Shown here piece by piece: positions 1 through 9,001 of a DNA stretch of 64,000 nt. Every line of letters begins with the position of its first letter. The first letter of the stretch is position 1. The notes under the pieces were generated by a model that had not been told where the DNA came from, searched no databases, and saw only the letters and a list, made by a program, of their open reading frames with translations. The position numbers were made by a program, and so were the translations under genes. The stretch comes from an uncultured Chlorobiaceae bacterium (GTDB lineage Bacteria > Bacteroidota > Ignavibacteria > UBA10030 > SZUA-254): positions 6,557 through 70,556 of the forward strand of contig CAYPFY010000002.1 of assembly GCA_964410105.1 (NCBI GenBank). The letters are read 5' to 3'.

Positions 1-295
1 GCCAGACCATAGCACCATCCGCATTTTTGGAGATTGCATCGAGGCCGCAGATAATCGAACCCAGCTGACCCTTCGTCCACCCCTTATTCACCGCAAGAAT
101 CCCGCGGAACCACCCCAGCTCTTTCCCGATCACTTCGGCATCGGCCCCGAGCACGATAACAACCTCGCCGGCGCCAGCCTCCTCTGAGATGCCGGCGATA
201 TGCTGCACGAATGAGATCGAGTGATAGGTAAGAAGAGCCTTGGGGCGGCCCATCCGGAATGACGAGCCTGCGGCGAGAATAACAGCGCTGATCAC
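1..295 (-). CDS. MobA/MocA-like nucleotidyltransferase, N-terminal part (gene continues beyond window start)
   Basis: Minus-strand translation from GTG 295-293 reads VISAVILAAGSSFRMGRPKALL... This is the Gly-rich NTP-binding N-terminus of molybdenum-cofactor nucleotidyltransferases. An in-frame stop lies immediately upstream. The start overlaps the thrC stop as GTGA (292-295). Confidence 0.55.
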   Translation of the reverse strand, partial: MISAVILAAGSSFRMGRPKALLTYHSISFVQHIAGISEEAGAGEVVIVLGADAEVIGKELGWFRGILAVNKGWTKGQLGSIICGLDAISKNADGAMVW

Positions 296-1542
296 CCTAC
301 GTCCAGGGCGGTAGAGGAAAGCGCCTCGGCGACGGCATCCAGCGACGGTTTTACAAGATATTCACGACCGGCCGCCTTACGGGCGGATTGAAAATCCTTG
401 AGGCCGCTGGCCGTGACGACGGCAAGCGCCGATTCGTTCGACTTAATAATATTCATTTCAACCGCCTTCTTAATCCCGGCGATCGACGCCGCCCCGGCAG
501 GTTCACCGAACACAGCGCCCAGGCGGGCCGTCATCCGCATTTCGCCAAGAATATCCTCATCGGAGACGGTGACCATATCGCCTCCGGACGATTTTACCTG
601 TTGGATAGCACGGCTCCAGTTCCGCGGATTTTTCACCGCGATACTATCGGCGATAGTAGATGTCCCGGAAGGGACCGGGCTTCTTCCCGAACTGAACGCA
701 TCCGCAAGGGCGCTTGCCCCCTCCGCCTGCACACCGAGCAGGCGTGGAATGCGGTCTATTATCCCCAGAATTTTCATCTCGCCGAAGCCTTTGCCGATCC
801 CGCCGATCGTGCAGCCATCGCCGACGGACACGGCGATCCAGTCCGGCACTTTGGGGAAAGCTTCGGCGATCTCAAGCCCTGCGGTCTTCTTCCCTTCCAC
901 AAGGAAAGGATTTGTCGCGCAATTCCTGCTATACCATCCGAACTGATCGCAGGCGAGTTTACACAGGTGGTATGCCTCGTCATACGACCCCTCGACCCTC
1001 AGCACCGTCGCACCGAAAATCAGCAGCTGTGCAATTTTCGCCTCGGGCGTAGTGTCAGGAACGAAGACAAAACATTGAAGACCTGTCGCGGCAGCGAAAC
1101 CGGCAAGGGAGGAAGCGGCATTGCCGGTGGAGGCGCAGGCAACCGACGTGAAGCCGAACTCCCGTGCCTTCAGCACGGCGATGGCGCTTGCGCGATCCTT
1201 GAACGAGCCGGTGGGGTTACGTCCTTCGTCTTTCAGAAAAAGCTTCCGGGTTCCTAGAGCATGGGCGAGGCGGGGAACCTCATACACCGGGGACCATCCG
1301 ACGTGAAGGTATGGCGGAGGGATCTGGGGCGACACCGGGAGCAACTCTCTGTACCGCCACTGATCGGGAGGGCGGGAGGAGAGATCCCCGAGACTCCTCG
1401 AGGCGGAATCATAATCGTACTGTACATCAAGAATCCCGCCGCAGCGGGTACATGTAAACAGATTACCGTAGGCGTAGCGGCTGCTGCACGTCAGGCATTG
1501 TAACCCTGTGACGAAGGGGGGCGGCGCAAAAGTCATCGTCAA
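292..1542 (-). CDS. thrC: threonine synthase (PLP-dependent) with N-terminal Cys4 zinc-ribbon
   Basis: 416 aa. N-terminal CxxC...CxxC ribbon. PLP-lysine motif NPTGSFKDRASA. Overall fold II PLP enzyme pattern typical of ThrC. Confidence 0.9.
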   Translation of the reverse strand: MTMTFAPPPFVTGLQCLTCSSRYAYGNLFTCTRCGGILDVQYDYDSASRSLGDLSSRPPDQWRYRELLPVSPQIPPPYLHVGWSPVYEVPRLAHALGTRKLFLKDEGRNPTGSFKDRASAIAVLKAREFGFTSVACASTGNAASSLAGFAAATGLQCFVFVPDTTPEAKIAQLLIFGATVLRVEGSYDEAYHLCKLACDQFGWYSRNCATNPFLVEGKKTAGLEIAEAFPKVPDWIAVSVGDGCTIGGIGKGFGEMKILGIIDRIPRLLGVQAEGASALADAFSSGRSPVPSGTSTIADSIAVKNPRNWSRAIQQVKSSGGDMVTVSDEDILGEMRMTARLGAVFGEPAGAASIAGIKKAVEMNIIKSNESALAVVTASGLKDFQSARKAAGREYLVKPSLDAVAEALSSTALDVG

Positions 1543-1636
1543 ATCACGGAATCACGCGGTCTTCTCCCGGAGGCCGGAGCACAAAATGCTTCACGCCCGG
1601 CGACGAACAAAACCCTGATAGACGGTTTCATGAGCC

Positions 1637-2245
1637 CTAGTAGTCGAAATAGTAATGAACCGGCTCGACATCGAACGAACCATAGGCAACGTGCACAAAC
1701 CGCGTCGTATCGGGCGGGAGCCCTCGGAAAACTCCTGAAAAAGTTCCCTTCAGGCGGGTATCTGCGGACTCGACCGTCACCGAGCCAGAGAATCCCTGGT
1801 ACACAAAGTACTCCCCGAGAGAATCCGAGTATGACAGAAAAGTGACCGAAGCATACAAACCCGCCCCTGCTGAATCGGAGCGGAGAATGGCAAAACTGCC
1901 CGGTCCGAGGGAACCGGGCGCGTAGAGAGATATGTCGAGAAGCCGTTCATCCAGCAGACCATTCCGCATCGTATGATAATAGCCGGCCGTCATCCCCCTG
2001 AGAGGTTTTCCGCTGCGGGTCGTATCATGGATGAAGCCCCCTGCCCCCTGGCCGGCCGTGTCGGAAGAAAAGCTGGCGCTTGGTTTATAATTTCCGGAAA
2101 AACCCAGCCGCGTACTATCGGTTTCCACAAAAGAAATCGCCCCGGACCCGTAGCCGCTCTCGCGCGGTTGGACATCCACGGGGTTATCCGTCTTATGGCA
2201 GCCGGAGATCATCGTCACGGCGGCGGCGAGAAGTGTGAGCTTCAT
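1637..2245 (-). CDS. hypothetical lipoprotein
   Basis: Internal start MKLTLLAAAVTMISGC gives a signal peptide plus lipobox Cys. ATG 2245-2243 overlaps the stop of the upstream gene (ATGA). The track ORF start at 2335 is an artefactual extension. Confidence 0.6.
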   Translation of the reverse strand: MKLTLLAAAVTMISGCHKTDNPVDVQPRESGYGSGAISFVETDSTRLGFSGNYKPSASFSSDTAGQGAGGFIHDTTRSGKPLRGMTAGYYHTMRNGLLDERLLDISLYAPGSLGPGSFAILRSDSAGAGLYASVTFLSYSDSLGEYFVYQGFSGSVTVESADTRLKGTFSGVFRGLPPDTTRFVHVAYGSFDVEPVHYYFDY

Positions 2246-3855
2246 TTTATCACCATGAGAGCCCTGGTCTGTGTGAAAGGACCTGCCTGTAGCCGATAAT
2301 AGTAAATTCCGCTCGAAAAGCCCGTGCAGTCCCATGTCACCTCATGTTCACCAGGTTCCTGTTCGATATCGACCAGGTTCCGCAACTTTCTCCCCAGGAA
2401 ATCAAAAAGAGTAAGCTTTACATTGGATCGGCGTGCTAGCGAATACCTAATCGTCGTGGTAGGATTAAAAGGATTAGGGTAATTCTGGAGTAGGGTGTAT
2501 TGCATAGGCACGCTTTGTGTTTGAGGCACATCCGTCACAATTCCCAGTTTCCCGAAGTGACCTGAGTGCTGGACCCTGATGCACCCCGAAACAGTCCAAA
2601 AAGCTGTCATCACTCCGCCACGATTATCGCCTCCGTAGACTTTAAAGTAGGCGTTCCCCGGATCCTCCAGCAGGTGGAAATATGAACCCCAGAGTGGCAC
2701 ACCATTGCCATCCCACCTTTGAGTCTGGAGGCTATCATTTACCCCGATTATTCCGTCTCCTCCATCCGAGAAGACGTATCGTGAGATTCCACCGATGCCA
2801 TTGAGCGCAAGTTGCCGGTAATTGCCAACGCTGTCGAACTTGAATAGTGTGTCGCCGCACAGGTACACAAAGTAAGTTCCTCCGTCGTTGGTCGGGATAA
2901 GAAGCTCAGTGCGAACATTTGCTCCGCCGATGCATCCATCAGGGAGCGTAAGAGGGCGATTCCAAAGCGTGTCTCCATTGATTCCGATCTTCAGCATAGA
3001 GATAGATCCCGTAATGTTCAGACGGAATAGGATGCTATCTTTCCACGATACGTTGAGTCCATCGTTAGCCCAATACGGACGTTGAATTGACGGGTCATCT
3101 ACCCCCAGAATGAGGGTCATGTAAGCTCCATAACGCATGATCGTCCAGTAGGCGAAATTCCCGAATCTGACCGCTCCAAAGCGAATGAATGCATCGGGTG
3201 TGGTGCCCGAATCTATATCGACCTCCCACACTCGCTTCCCCTGACCGTCATATCTGGTTGCCCAGAGGCGAGTCGTATTGGTTGCTCCAGCATGGTAAAA
3301 ATCCGAATCAATCACAAGAAAAACTATTCCTCCAGAGCCGTCAGAGACCTCATCACCTGCTTTCCTCCCGGTATAGGCCGGCGCGACCTGAACCCCCCCT
3401 GCCTGAAGGAGAATGCGTCCGGATGAGTCGACGTGTTGCATATAAATGGCGTCATTAAAAAAGCCATATTGATCCTGCATTGCCCCCCGATGGTCTGCCC
3501 AGGTAAGAATTAATCCACCCTCCCCGTCATTCACGAGACCAGATCCGCCGGAATTCATGGTGGTATCATTGTGATGTGCCAAGACGTAATTGGGCCAGAT
3601 TCGATTACCCGCGCCGTCTAACTTCATGAGGAAAATATAGTTTTCAAGCGTGCCGGAAACGATCGAACTGCCATCATCGAATGTCAAGAGGCCGGGCTCG
3701 AATCCAGGGATGAGGCAGAGGGCACTATCGGCATGGGCTGATGTTGCCCATTGAGCCTGCGTCAAAGTGGAGATGGAGAGTGCCGGCACGATGAGCAGGA
3801 TAGGTTTGAGCACTAATTGGACCCAATCGACATTAGACGGGCCATCATAGGGCAA
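2242..3855 (-). CDS. secreted hypothetical protein with T9SS type-A C-terminal sorting domain
   Basis: 537 aa. N-terminal hydrophobic signal. C-terminus NYPNPFNPTTTIRYSL...KLTLFDFLGRKL...GEHEVTWD...SGIYYYRLQAG matches the Por secretion tail (TIGR04183-like). Confidence 0.7.
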   Translation of the reverse strand: MPYDGPSNVDWVQLVLKPILLIVPALSISTLTQAQWATSAHADSALCLIPGFEPGLLTFDDGSSIVSGTLENYIFLMKLDGAGNRIWPNYVLAHHNDTTMNSGGSGLVNDGEGGLILTWADHRGAMQDQYGFFNDAIYMQHVDSSGRILLQAGGVQVAPAYTGRKAGDEVSDGSGGIVFLVIDSDFYHAGATNTTRLWATRYDGQGKRVWEVDIDSGTTPDAFIRFGAVRFGNFAYWTIMRYGAYMTLILGVDDPSIQRPYWANDGLNVSWKDSILFRLNITGSISMLKIGINGDTLWNRPLTLPDGCIGGANVRTELLIPTNDGGTYFVYLCGDTLFKFDSVGNYRQLALNGIGGISRYVFSDGGDGIIGVNDSLQTQRWDGNGVPLWGSYFHLLEDPGNAYFKVYGGDNRGGVMTAFWTVSGCIRVQHSGHFGKLGIVTDVPQTQSVPMQYTLLQNYPNPFNPTTTIRYSLARRSNVKLTLFDFLGRKLRNLVDIEQEPGEHEVTWDCTGFSSGIYYYRLQAGPFTQTRALMVIK

Positions 3856-4674
3856 GGATTCTGTCGCAACTGGTCAAAAGTGGAACGATGATACCAGACG
3901 CGAAATTGTGGCTGAAAGCGCATTCGAATGGGTACCTAAACATTCAGATTCGCATGGAAGGACGCTCTGAGCAAACTCAAAGAGGAGCACTCACGCATTC
4001 CCCCACTAGGGAGCACAATTCAGACGGTCAGGTTCGACAGGAGGTTGTGATTTCCGGCACTAGAATCACACATAGGTTTCAAACGCTACGGAGAGGAAAT
4101 TCTCTGTTCATTCGGCCGATATCATAACGTGATTCGAGAAGCTGATCCCATTCAAGAGATTGGAGCAACGAATGAAGCGTTTAGATTCCCCCCTGTTGAT
4201 ACAAGGAAGGTAAGTCATGTAACTCAGAAAAGCAACGTAACCAACCTTTCCATGGCAGGGATATCCGGGAATCTGGGTGAGTAACTACTTTTTTTGAATG
4301 TTGAATGACTGCCTCCGAGCAGCGTCTAGGATTTGCCGGTCGCTCCAGCGGTACATTGGAGGCAGTTTGTCGGCACTCTATATGTTGCTCACTTTTCCTT
4401 AGTCTTCTGATCTTTGAAGCCTTCAGGAATGACTCAACCCGTAACGAGGAGTTTTCACCTCCAAGGCTGGGCAGAACAGGCTCCGAAGAAATTTTTAAGG
4501 AAGAGCCATTTGACTGGCGAAGGCCCTGCAAGCGACTAAAGTACGCATCCCTCAAAGTCAACGGCCTAACCGCAAGTGGTCACCCCCGATTAAACCCTAC
4601 ATCCCACATACGCGCAACCTGATCCACGCGTTTACGTATGTTGACTTAGGCAAATCTTCTAACTCCTCTGGTGA

Positions 4675-5661
4675 TTGACAATGCATACTACGACTCGAAC
4701 AATGCTGTGGGGGTTTAGCGCCCTTCTTCTCATCGCAATCACTTGCTACGGTCAGGAAATCACCCCCGTGAAAGACTACTGGTACATGACAACAAGCGAC
4801 AGCAGCGCCAAGCTCTATGTCGTAGAATTCGGTAAAGGCGACACTGTGGTTGTCTTGCATGGTGGGTGGGGTGGAGAGCATAGTTACCTCTTCGATCCTC
4901 TTCAAGGATTGGACGCTGAGTATCATTTCGTTCTGTACGACCAGCGAGGTTCACTCCGCTCTCCTTGCTCCGATAGCAGCAAGATCTCGGTAGCGAAACA
5001 TGTTGAAGACTTAGAGAAACTTCGGAAGGAGTTTCACCTCCAGAGAATGACACTTCTGGCTCATTCAATGGGAACGTTCCTGGCCATGTCTTACCTCGAG
5101 ATGTATCCAGCAAACGTGAAGGGTCTTGTCCTGCTCGGACCGATACCGCCAAAAATACCTAATGACAGTGCCGACAATCTGGAGTCTTATGCCACCAAGT
5201 CCGGTCACGCTGCCGAGGCCCTTGTGTTGCAGAGGTCAGAGGTCGCTGACGAATATCGAAAGTACGGACTCGAGCGACGTAATCTAAGTGAAAAAGAGGA
5301 ATCGTACAGATGGAGGATAAAATTCGCCTCTGCCAATATCTTTCATGTGGATCGATGGCGGCAGATGAGAGAAGGGGGAAGGGGGGTCTTCTACAGCGGC
5401 AAAGCGGCTGAAGCAACGATAAGTTCGATGCCTGAACACTGGGATTTCACAAACGCACTTATGGCACATCCTTATCCGATAACTGTTATTGTAGGCGACC
5501 ATGATTATGCCGACCTAAATTCTGGACTCAATAGAAGGATAATGGCAGCGCTTCCAAACGTCGAGGTGCTTACGATAAAAGATGCGGGTCACTGTGCCTG
5601 GATCGACGATCCTCAGCTGTTCAGAGGTTTCTTAGACAAAGCTCTAAGAAAGTACCGGTAG
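4675..5661 (+). CDS. alpha/beta-hydrolase fold protein (proline iminopeptidase/esterase-like), secreted
   Basis: 328 aa. Signal peptide. HGGWGG oxyanion region. Nucleophile elbow AHSMG. C-terminal GHC (His) motif. GC is about 50%, well below the flanking DNA. Confidence 0.8.
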   Translation: MTMHTTTRTMLWGFSALLLIAITCYGQEITPVKDYWYMTTSDSSAKLYVVEFGKGDTVVVLHGGWGGEHSYLFDPLQGLDAEYHFVLYDQRGSLRSPCSDSSKISVAKHVEDLEKLRKEFHLQRMTLLAHSMGTFLAMSYLEMYPANVKGLVLLGPIPPKIPNDSADNLESYATKSGHAAEALVLQRSEVADEYRKYGLERRNLSEKEESYRWRIKFASANIFHVDRWRQMREGGRGVFYSGKAAEATISSMPEHWDFTNALMAHPYPITVIVGDHDYADLNSGLNRRIMAALPNVEVLTIKDAGHCAWIDDPQLFRGFLDKALRKYR

Positions 5662-5796
5662 TCCACCGCAACCGTCTGGGAGAGCAACTCTTGAAATGAA
5701 TAATCGAAACAAACGCAGGAAAAGCCTCCGATATCGCTCACTAAGAGAAACTGCGGCTATCTGAGAAAATTAACGGAGCTTAGGTATCAAATGTCC

Positions 5797-8700
5797 TTAT
5801 CTCACATAAAGCATCTTGCGGACCTGGGCGAACGGAGGCGATTGCCCATCCAGGGCTGATGCGTCGATCCGATAAAAATAAACTCCGCTTGAGGTGGCGG
5901 GGACCCACGTAACCTCGTGATATCCGGCATCGAGCGTTCCATCGACGAGAGCAGCGACCTCCTGACCGAGAATTGTGAAAACAGAGAGGCGAACCCGGCT
6001 CATCACGGGGAGAGCGAAGCGGATATTTGTGGCCGGATTAAAGGGATTGGGGGCGTTTTGAAATAACGAGTACGAATGAGGCAGGGACGACGTTTCATAA
6101 CCGAGGGCAAGGTCAAGATTGTTGAGCGAAATCCTCCCCGAGCTTGAAAGCTCAGTACTCTTCTCTGAGGTTCTCATGTAATACCGATAGCCCGGCTGCC
6201 GGATGTCCCACGACACTGTCAGCGGAAGTTTTGAACTCTGCAGTTTAACATCGGAAACCGACCCCTCCTGGCGGGGAACCATCACAAAACTCCCGTCGGC
6301 GAATCGGGCATCGAAGCAATCCGGGGGAGGTGCGGGGGGCAAGGCGAATTCGCCCGAAAACTGCGAGAACCCAAAATAGAGGGTAGCGGAATTCCCGTCG
6401 GGATCCGAGATTGTGAGCCGGTTAAATCCTGAGAGATCGGGCGGTGACGTCCCGGAACGAAGAGCGGATGAGGGAGCGGGGAGAATGACAGATCCCGCCT
6501 GATGCGATTTCACCCAATAACCTCTCGTCGGAAGGATCGACGTTGCAATCTTATAGCTCCCGGAAAACTCAAACAGATTTGAAGCCATAATCCCCGGAGG
6601 ATCTGAGGACACAGTGGAGGCGGGAATCGAATCAAAGACCGAGCCTATCAGATTCCAGCCCGCCAGAACGTGGATCGTATCAGAGTGCATAGGCAGTCCG
6701 GTCAGCCAAGCGGTAGAATTTTGTGGAAACTTCAGCCAGTAGCCTATGCCGTGTCGCAGAGAATCCTTGATTTGATAGGCTGTTTCGAAGGCAAAGGCCG
6801 TGGAGGAAGCGTAGGGAAAGAGAGTTGTCTTCCGCGGGTCGCCCACCACCAGCGGAACTGAAACAAGATTCCACCGGCCGGACACCGGATAACCCTTCGT
6901 GTTTGAAGAATAAAACCCGAAATTCCCTGAAAAATTCGGATTCAGGGCATCGAGCGTAAAACCATAAGACGACGGGGGCATCGTCTGGGTCCAGCTCGTC
7001 AGAGAATCGGCTGAGAGAGTATAGGAGCCGTTGGAGAGCCCTGAAAAAAGGAACGCCCCGTTCGTTCCGGACGACGTCGAATCGATCCGATCGCCTCCCA
7101 GCCTCACCTTTCGCCCCGGAAGAACCGGCTCACCCGTATCGAGGGAACCGTTATTGTTAAGATCATCGAAAACTATGCCCGACACATTGCCGCTGGGCGG
7201 AAGAGGAATATCGTTCGCCAGAACCGATCCATAATCCCCGCTTGCCCAGACGGTTGAAGAACCGGAGCGCGCTATCCCGAAGAGGGAGTGAAGCGTACGG
7301 GTATATTGCGCCTGCCAGGTCTGGCCTCCGTCGGAGGTATAGAGCACCACCCCGTTATCGCCGGCGGCGACAGCATCAAGTGCCGTTCGTGCGACGACGG
7401 AGTAAATAATATCTGTCACCCCGGTCGTCTGGCGGGTCCACGAAGCGCCCCCGTTGGTCGTACGGAGAATCGTGCCGGTATCCCCCACCGCCCAGCCGTT
7501 CATTCCGTCCGAGAAAGAGCACCAGTACAGAGCATTCGCAACCCCGCTTGACTGGGGCTGCCAGGATGAGCCGGCATTCGACGTATGGACGATCATCCCC
7601 TGCTCACCCACGACCCATCCCGACAGGGAGGTTGGGAAAGACAAACCGTAGGCGATATGCGGCAGGCTTGGATTCTGGACGGTCCAGGAACCGCCGCCAT
7701 CGGAGGAATGCAGAATCAGGCCGCCAAAAGTTCCGAAATCGCCGGCGGCGATCCATCCTTCCGACGCGCTTGCAAAAGTTATCCCGAGAAGCGCCGCAGA
7801 GGTCGGGCTGGACTGGCTCGACCAGGACGCGCCGTCGACCGTCCTGAAAATTGAGCCGTGATCACCGACGGCCCATCCGTGGCTCGCATCAGCAAACTTC
7901 ACACCGTAGCAGGAAACGGTAGAATCGGGCGAAGCCTGTTTCGTCCATGAAAGGCCGGCGTCCGTCGTCCGCATAATAAGACCAGTCTGGCCGACGGCGA
8001 CGGCGACCAAGCTTGAGGGCGCATCGATCCAATTGGCGCTCAGCCGGGGGCCGGCATCGAGACCGGACCATGCGACGCCGCTATTGGTGGAAAGAAAAAT
8101 TGTCCCCAGTTCGCCCGAAGTCCAGAGCTTTCCGGAGAACTTCGAGAGCCCGTTGATATCAAAACCGCCCGCGATAGAGCCCACGGACCAGGAAAGCCCT
8201 CCGTTCAGGGTTTTCAGCAAAACCCCGGCGTCGCCGGCTATCCAGCCAACGACAGAGTTCTGCATCACCACCTGATTGAGATTCGTCAAGACCCCGGAGC
8301 TGACGGGGGACCAGGAGGTTCCGCCGTTATCGGTCCGGAGAATCGTCCCGCCCGTCCCGGCGATGAACCCGAGAGTGGAGGAGACAAAGTTGATACTGAG
8401 ATACGAGGCGGAACCAAACCCGATGACTGATTTGGACCACGTCGTGCCGCCGTCGGTCGTCATGAAAACCGACTTATTACTTCCGACGGCCCAGCCGTTA
8501 TTCAGATCGATGAAAATTATTTCATTAATACTGACTGCCGGTCCGGCCAAATGCTGGGATGACCAGACCAGGCCGCCGTTTGTCGTATGGATGATCGTCT
8601 CGTTATCGCCTGCGGCCCAGCCGTTCTGGGCATCCACAAAAAACACCGAGTTGAGGCCGGCGCTCGTGCCGCTCGATTGATCGATCCAGTCATCTCCTCC

Positions 8701-8997
8701 GTTCGTCGTATGGAGAACCGAGCCGTTATCTCCGGCTGCCCATCCCACTGAGCTCGTCACCATGGAGAGGCCGAGAATATTATCTGTACTCCCGAACTCC
8801 TGTTCATCCCACGAACGGCCGCCGTCGGACGTATGAATGATCGTCCCGTATTCGCCGACCGCCCATCCCTGGGCTGTATCGACAAACTGCATGCTGAGAA
8901 GAGTATTCCCCTGCGGAGAGGGAGACTTCCAGGTCCACTGAGCAAAACTCAGCGTAGCGGAAAGGGCGACAAGCAGCAATACTTTCAGAATGCGCAT
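5797..8997 (-). CDS. large BNR/Asp-box repeat beta-propeller protein (sortilin/GH74-like) with Cna-B-like domain and T9SS type-A CTD
   Basis: True start MRILKVLLLVALSATLSFAQ at 8997 (signal peptide); the track ORF start at 9240 is an extension. More than 15 repeats of S-x-D-G-G-x-[ST]-W. A DLNNNGSLDTGEPVLPG SdrD-B/Cna-B-like module. C-terminal NAPNPFNPATNIRFALP...GYHEVTW...SGVYFYRI sorting domain. Confidence 0.8.
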   Translation of the reverse strand: MRILKVLLLVALSATLSFAQWTWKSPSPQGNTLLSMQFVDTAQGWAVGEYGTIIHTSDGGRSWDEQEFGSTDNILGLSMVTSSVGWAAGDNGSVLHTTNGGDDWIDQSSGTSAGLNSVFFVDAQNGWAAGDNETIIHTTNGGLVWSSQHLAGPAVSINEIIFIDLNNGWAVGSNKSVFMTTDGGTTWSKSVIGFGSASYLSINFVSSTLGFIAGTGGTILRTDNGGTSWSPVSSGVLTNLNQVVMQNSVVGWIAGDAGVLLKTLNGGLSWSVGSIAGGFDINGLSKFSGKLWTSGELGTIFLSTNSGVAWSGLDAGPRLSANWIDAPSSLVAVAVGQTGLIMRTTDAGLSWTKQASPDSTVSCYGVKFADASHGWAVGDHGSIFRTVDGASWSSQSSPTSAALLGITFASASEGWIAAGDFGTFGGLILHSSDGGGSWTVQNPSLPHIAYGLSFPTSLSGWVVGEQGMIVHTSNAGSSWQPQSSGVANALYWCSFSDGMNGWAVGDTGTILRTTNGGASWTRQTTGVTDIIYSVVARTALDAVAAGDNGVVLYTSDGGQTWQAQYTRTLHSLFGIARSGSSTVWASGDYGSVLANDIPLPPSGNVSGIVFDDLNNNGSLDTGEPVLPGRKVRLGGDRIDSTSSGTNGAFLFSGLSNGSYTLSADSLTSWTQTMPPSSYGFTLDALNPNFSGNFGFYSSNTKGYPVSGRWNLVSVPLVVGDPRKTTLFPYASSTAFAFETAYQIKDSLRHGIGYWLKFPQNSTAWLTGLPMHSDTIHVLAGWNLIGSVFDSIPASTVSSDPPGIMASNLFEFSGSYKIATSILPTRGYWVKSHQAGSVILPAPSSALRSGTSPPDLSGFNRLTISDPDGNSATLYFGFSQFSGEFALPPAPPPDCFDARFADGSFVMVPRQEGSVSDVKLQSSKLPLTVSWDIRQPGYRYYMRTSEKSTELSSSGRISLNNLDLALGYETSSLPHSYSLFQNAPNPFNPATNIRFALPVMSRVRLSVFTILGQEVAALVDGTLDAGYHEVTWVPATSSGVYFYRIDASALDGQSPPFAQVRKMLYVR

Positions 8998-9001
8998 AGA
9001 A

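Noticed and set aside
388-1257. Long antisense or alternative-frame ORFs overlapping real genes (e.g. 388-1257+, 21311-22027-, 30530-31093+, 46503-47279+, 47606-48373+, 50658-51125+, 61337-62239+)
   Set aside because: Stop-poor frames are expected at about 62% GC. Translations are Arg/Pro/Gly-rich low-complexity with no motifs, and all overlap well-supported genes.
4021-4060. GGTCAGGTTCGACAGGAGG resembling the SRP-RNA domain IV motif GGTCAGGTCCGGAAGGAAG
   Set aside because: It diverges after 8 nt and lacks the flanking helix 8 pairing partners.
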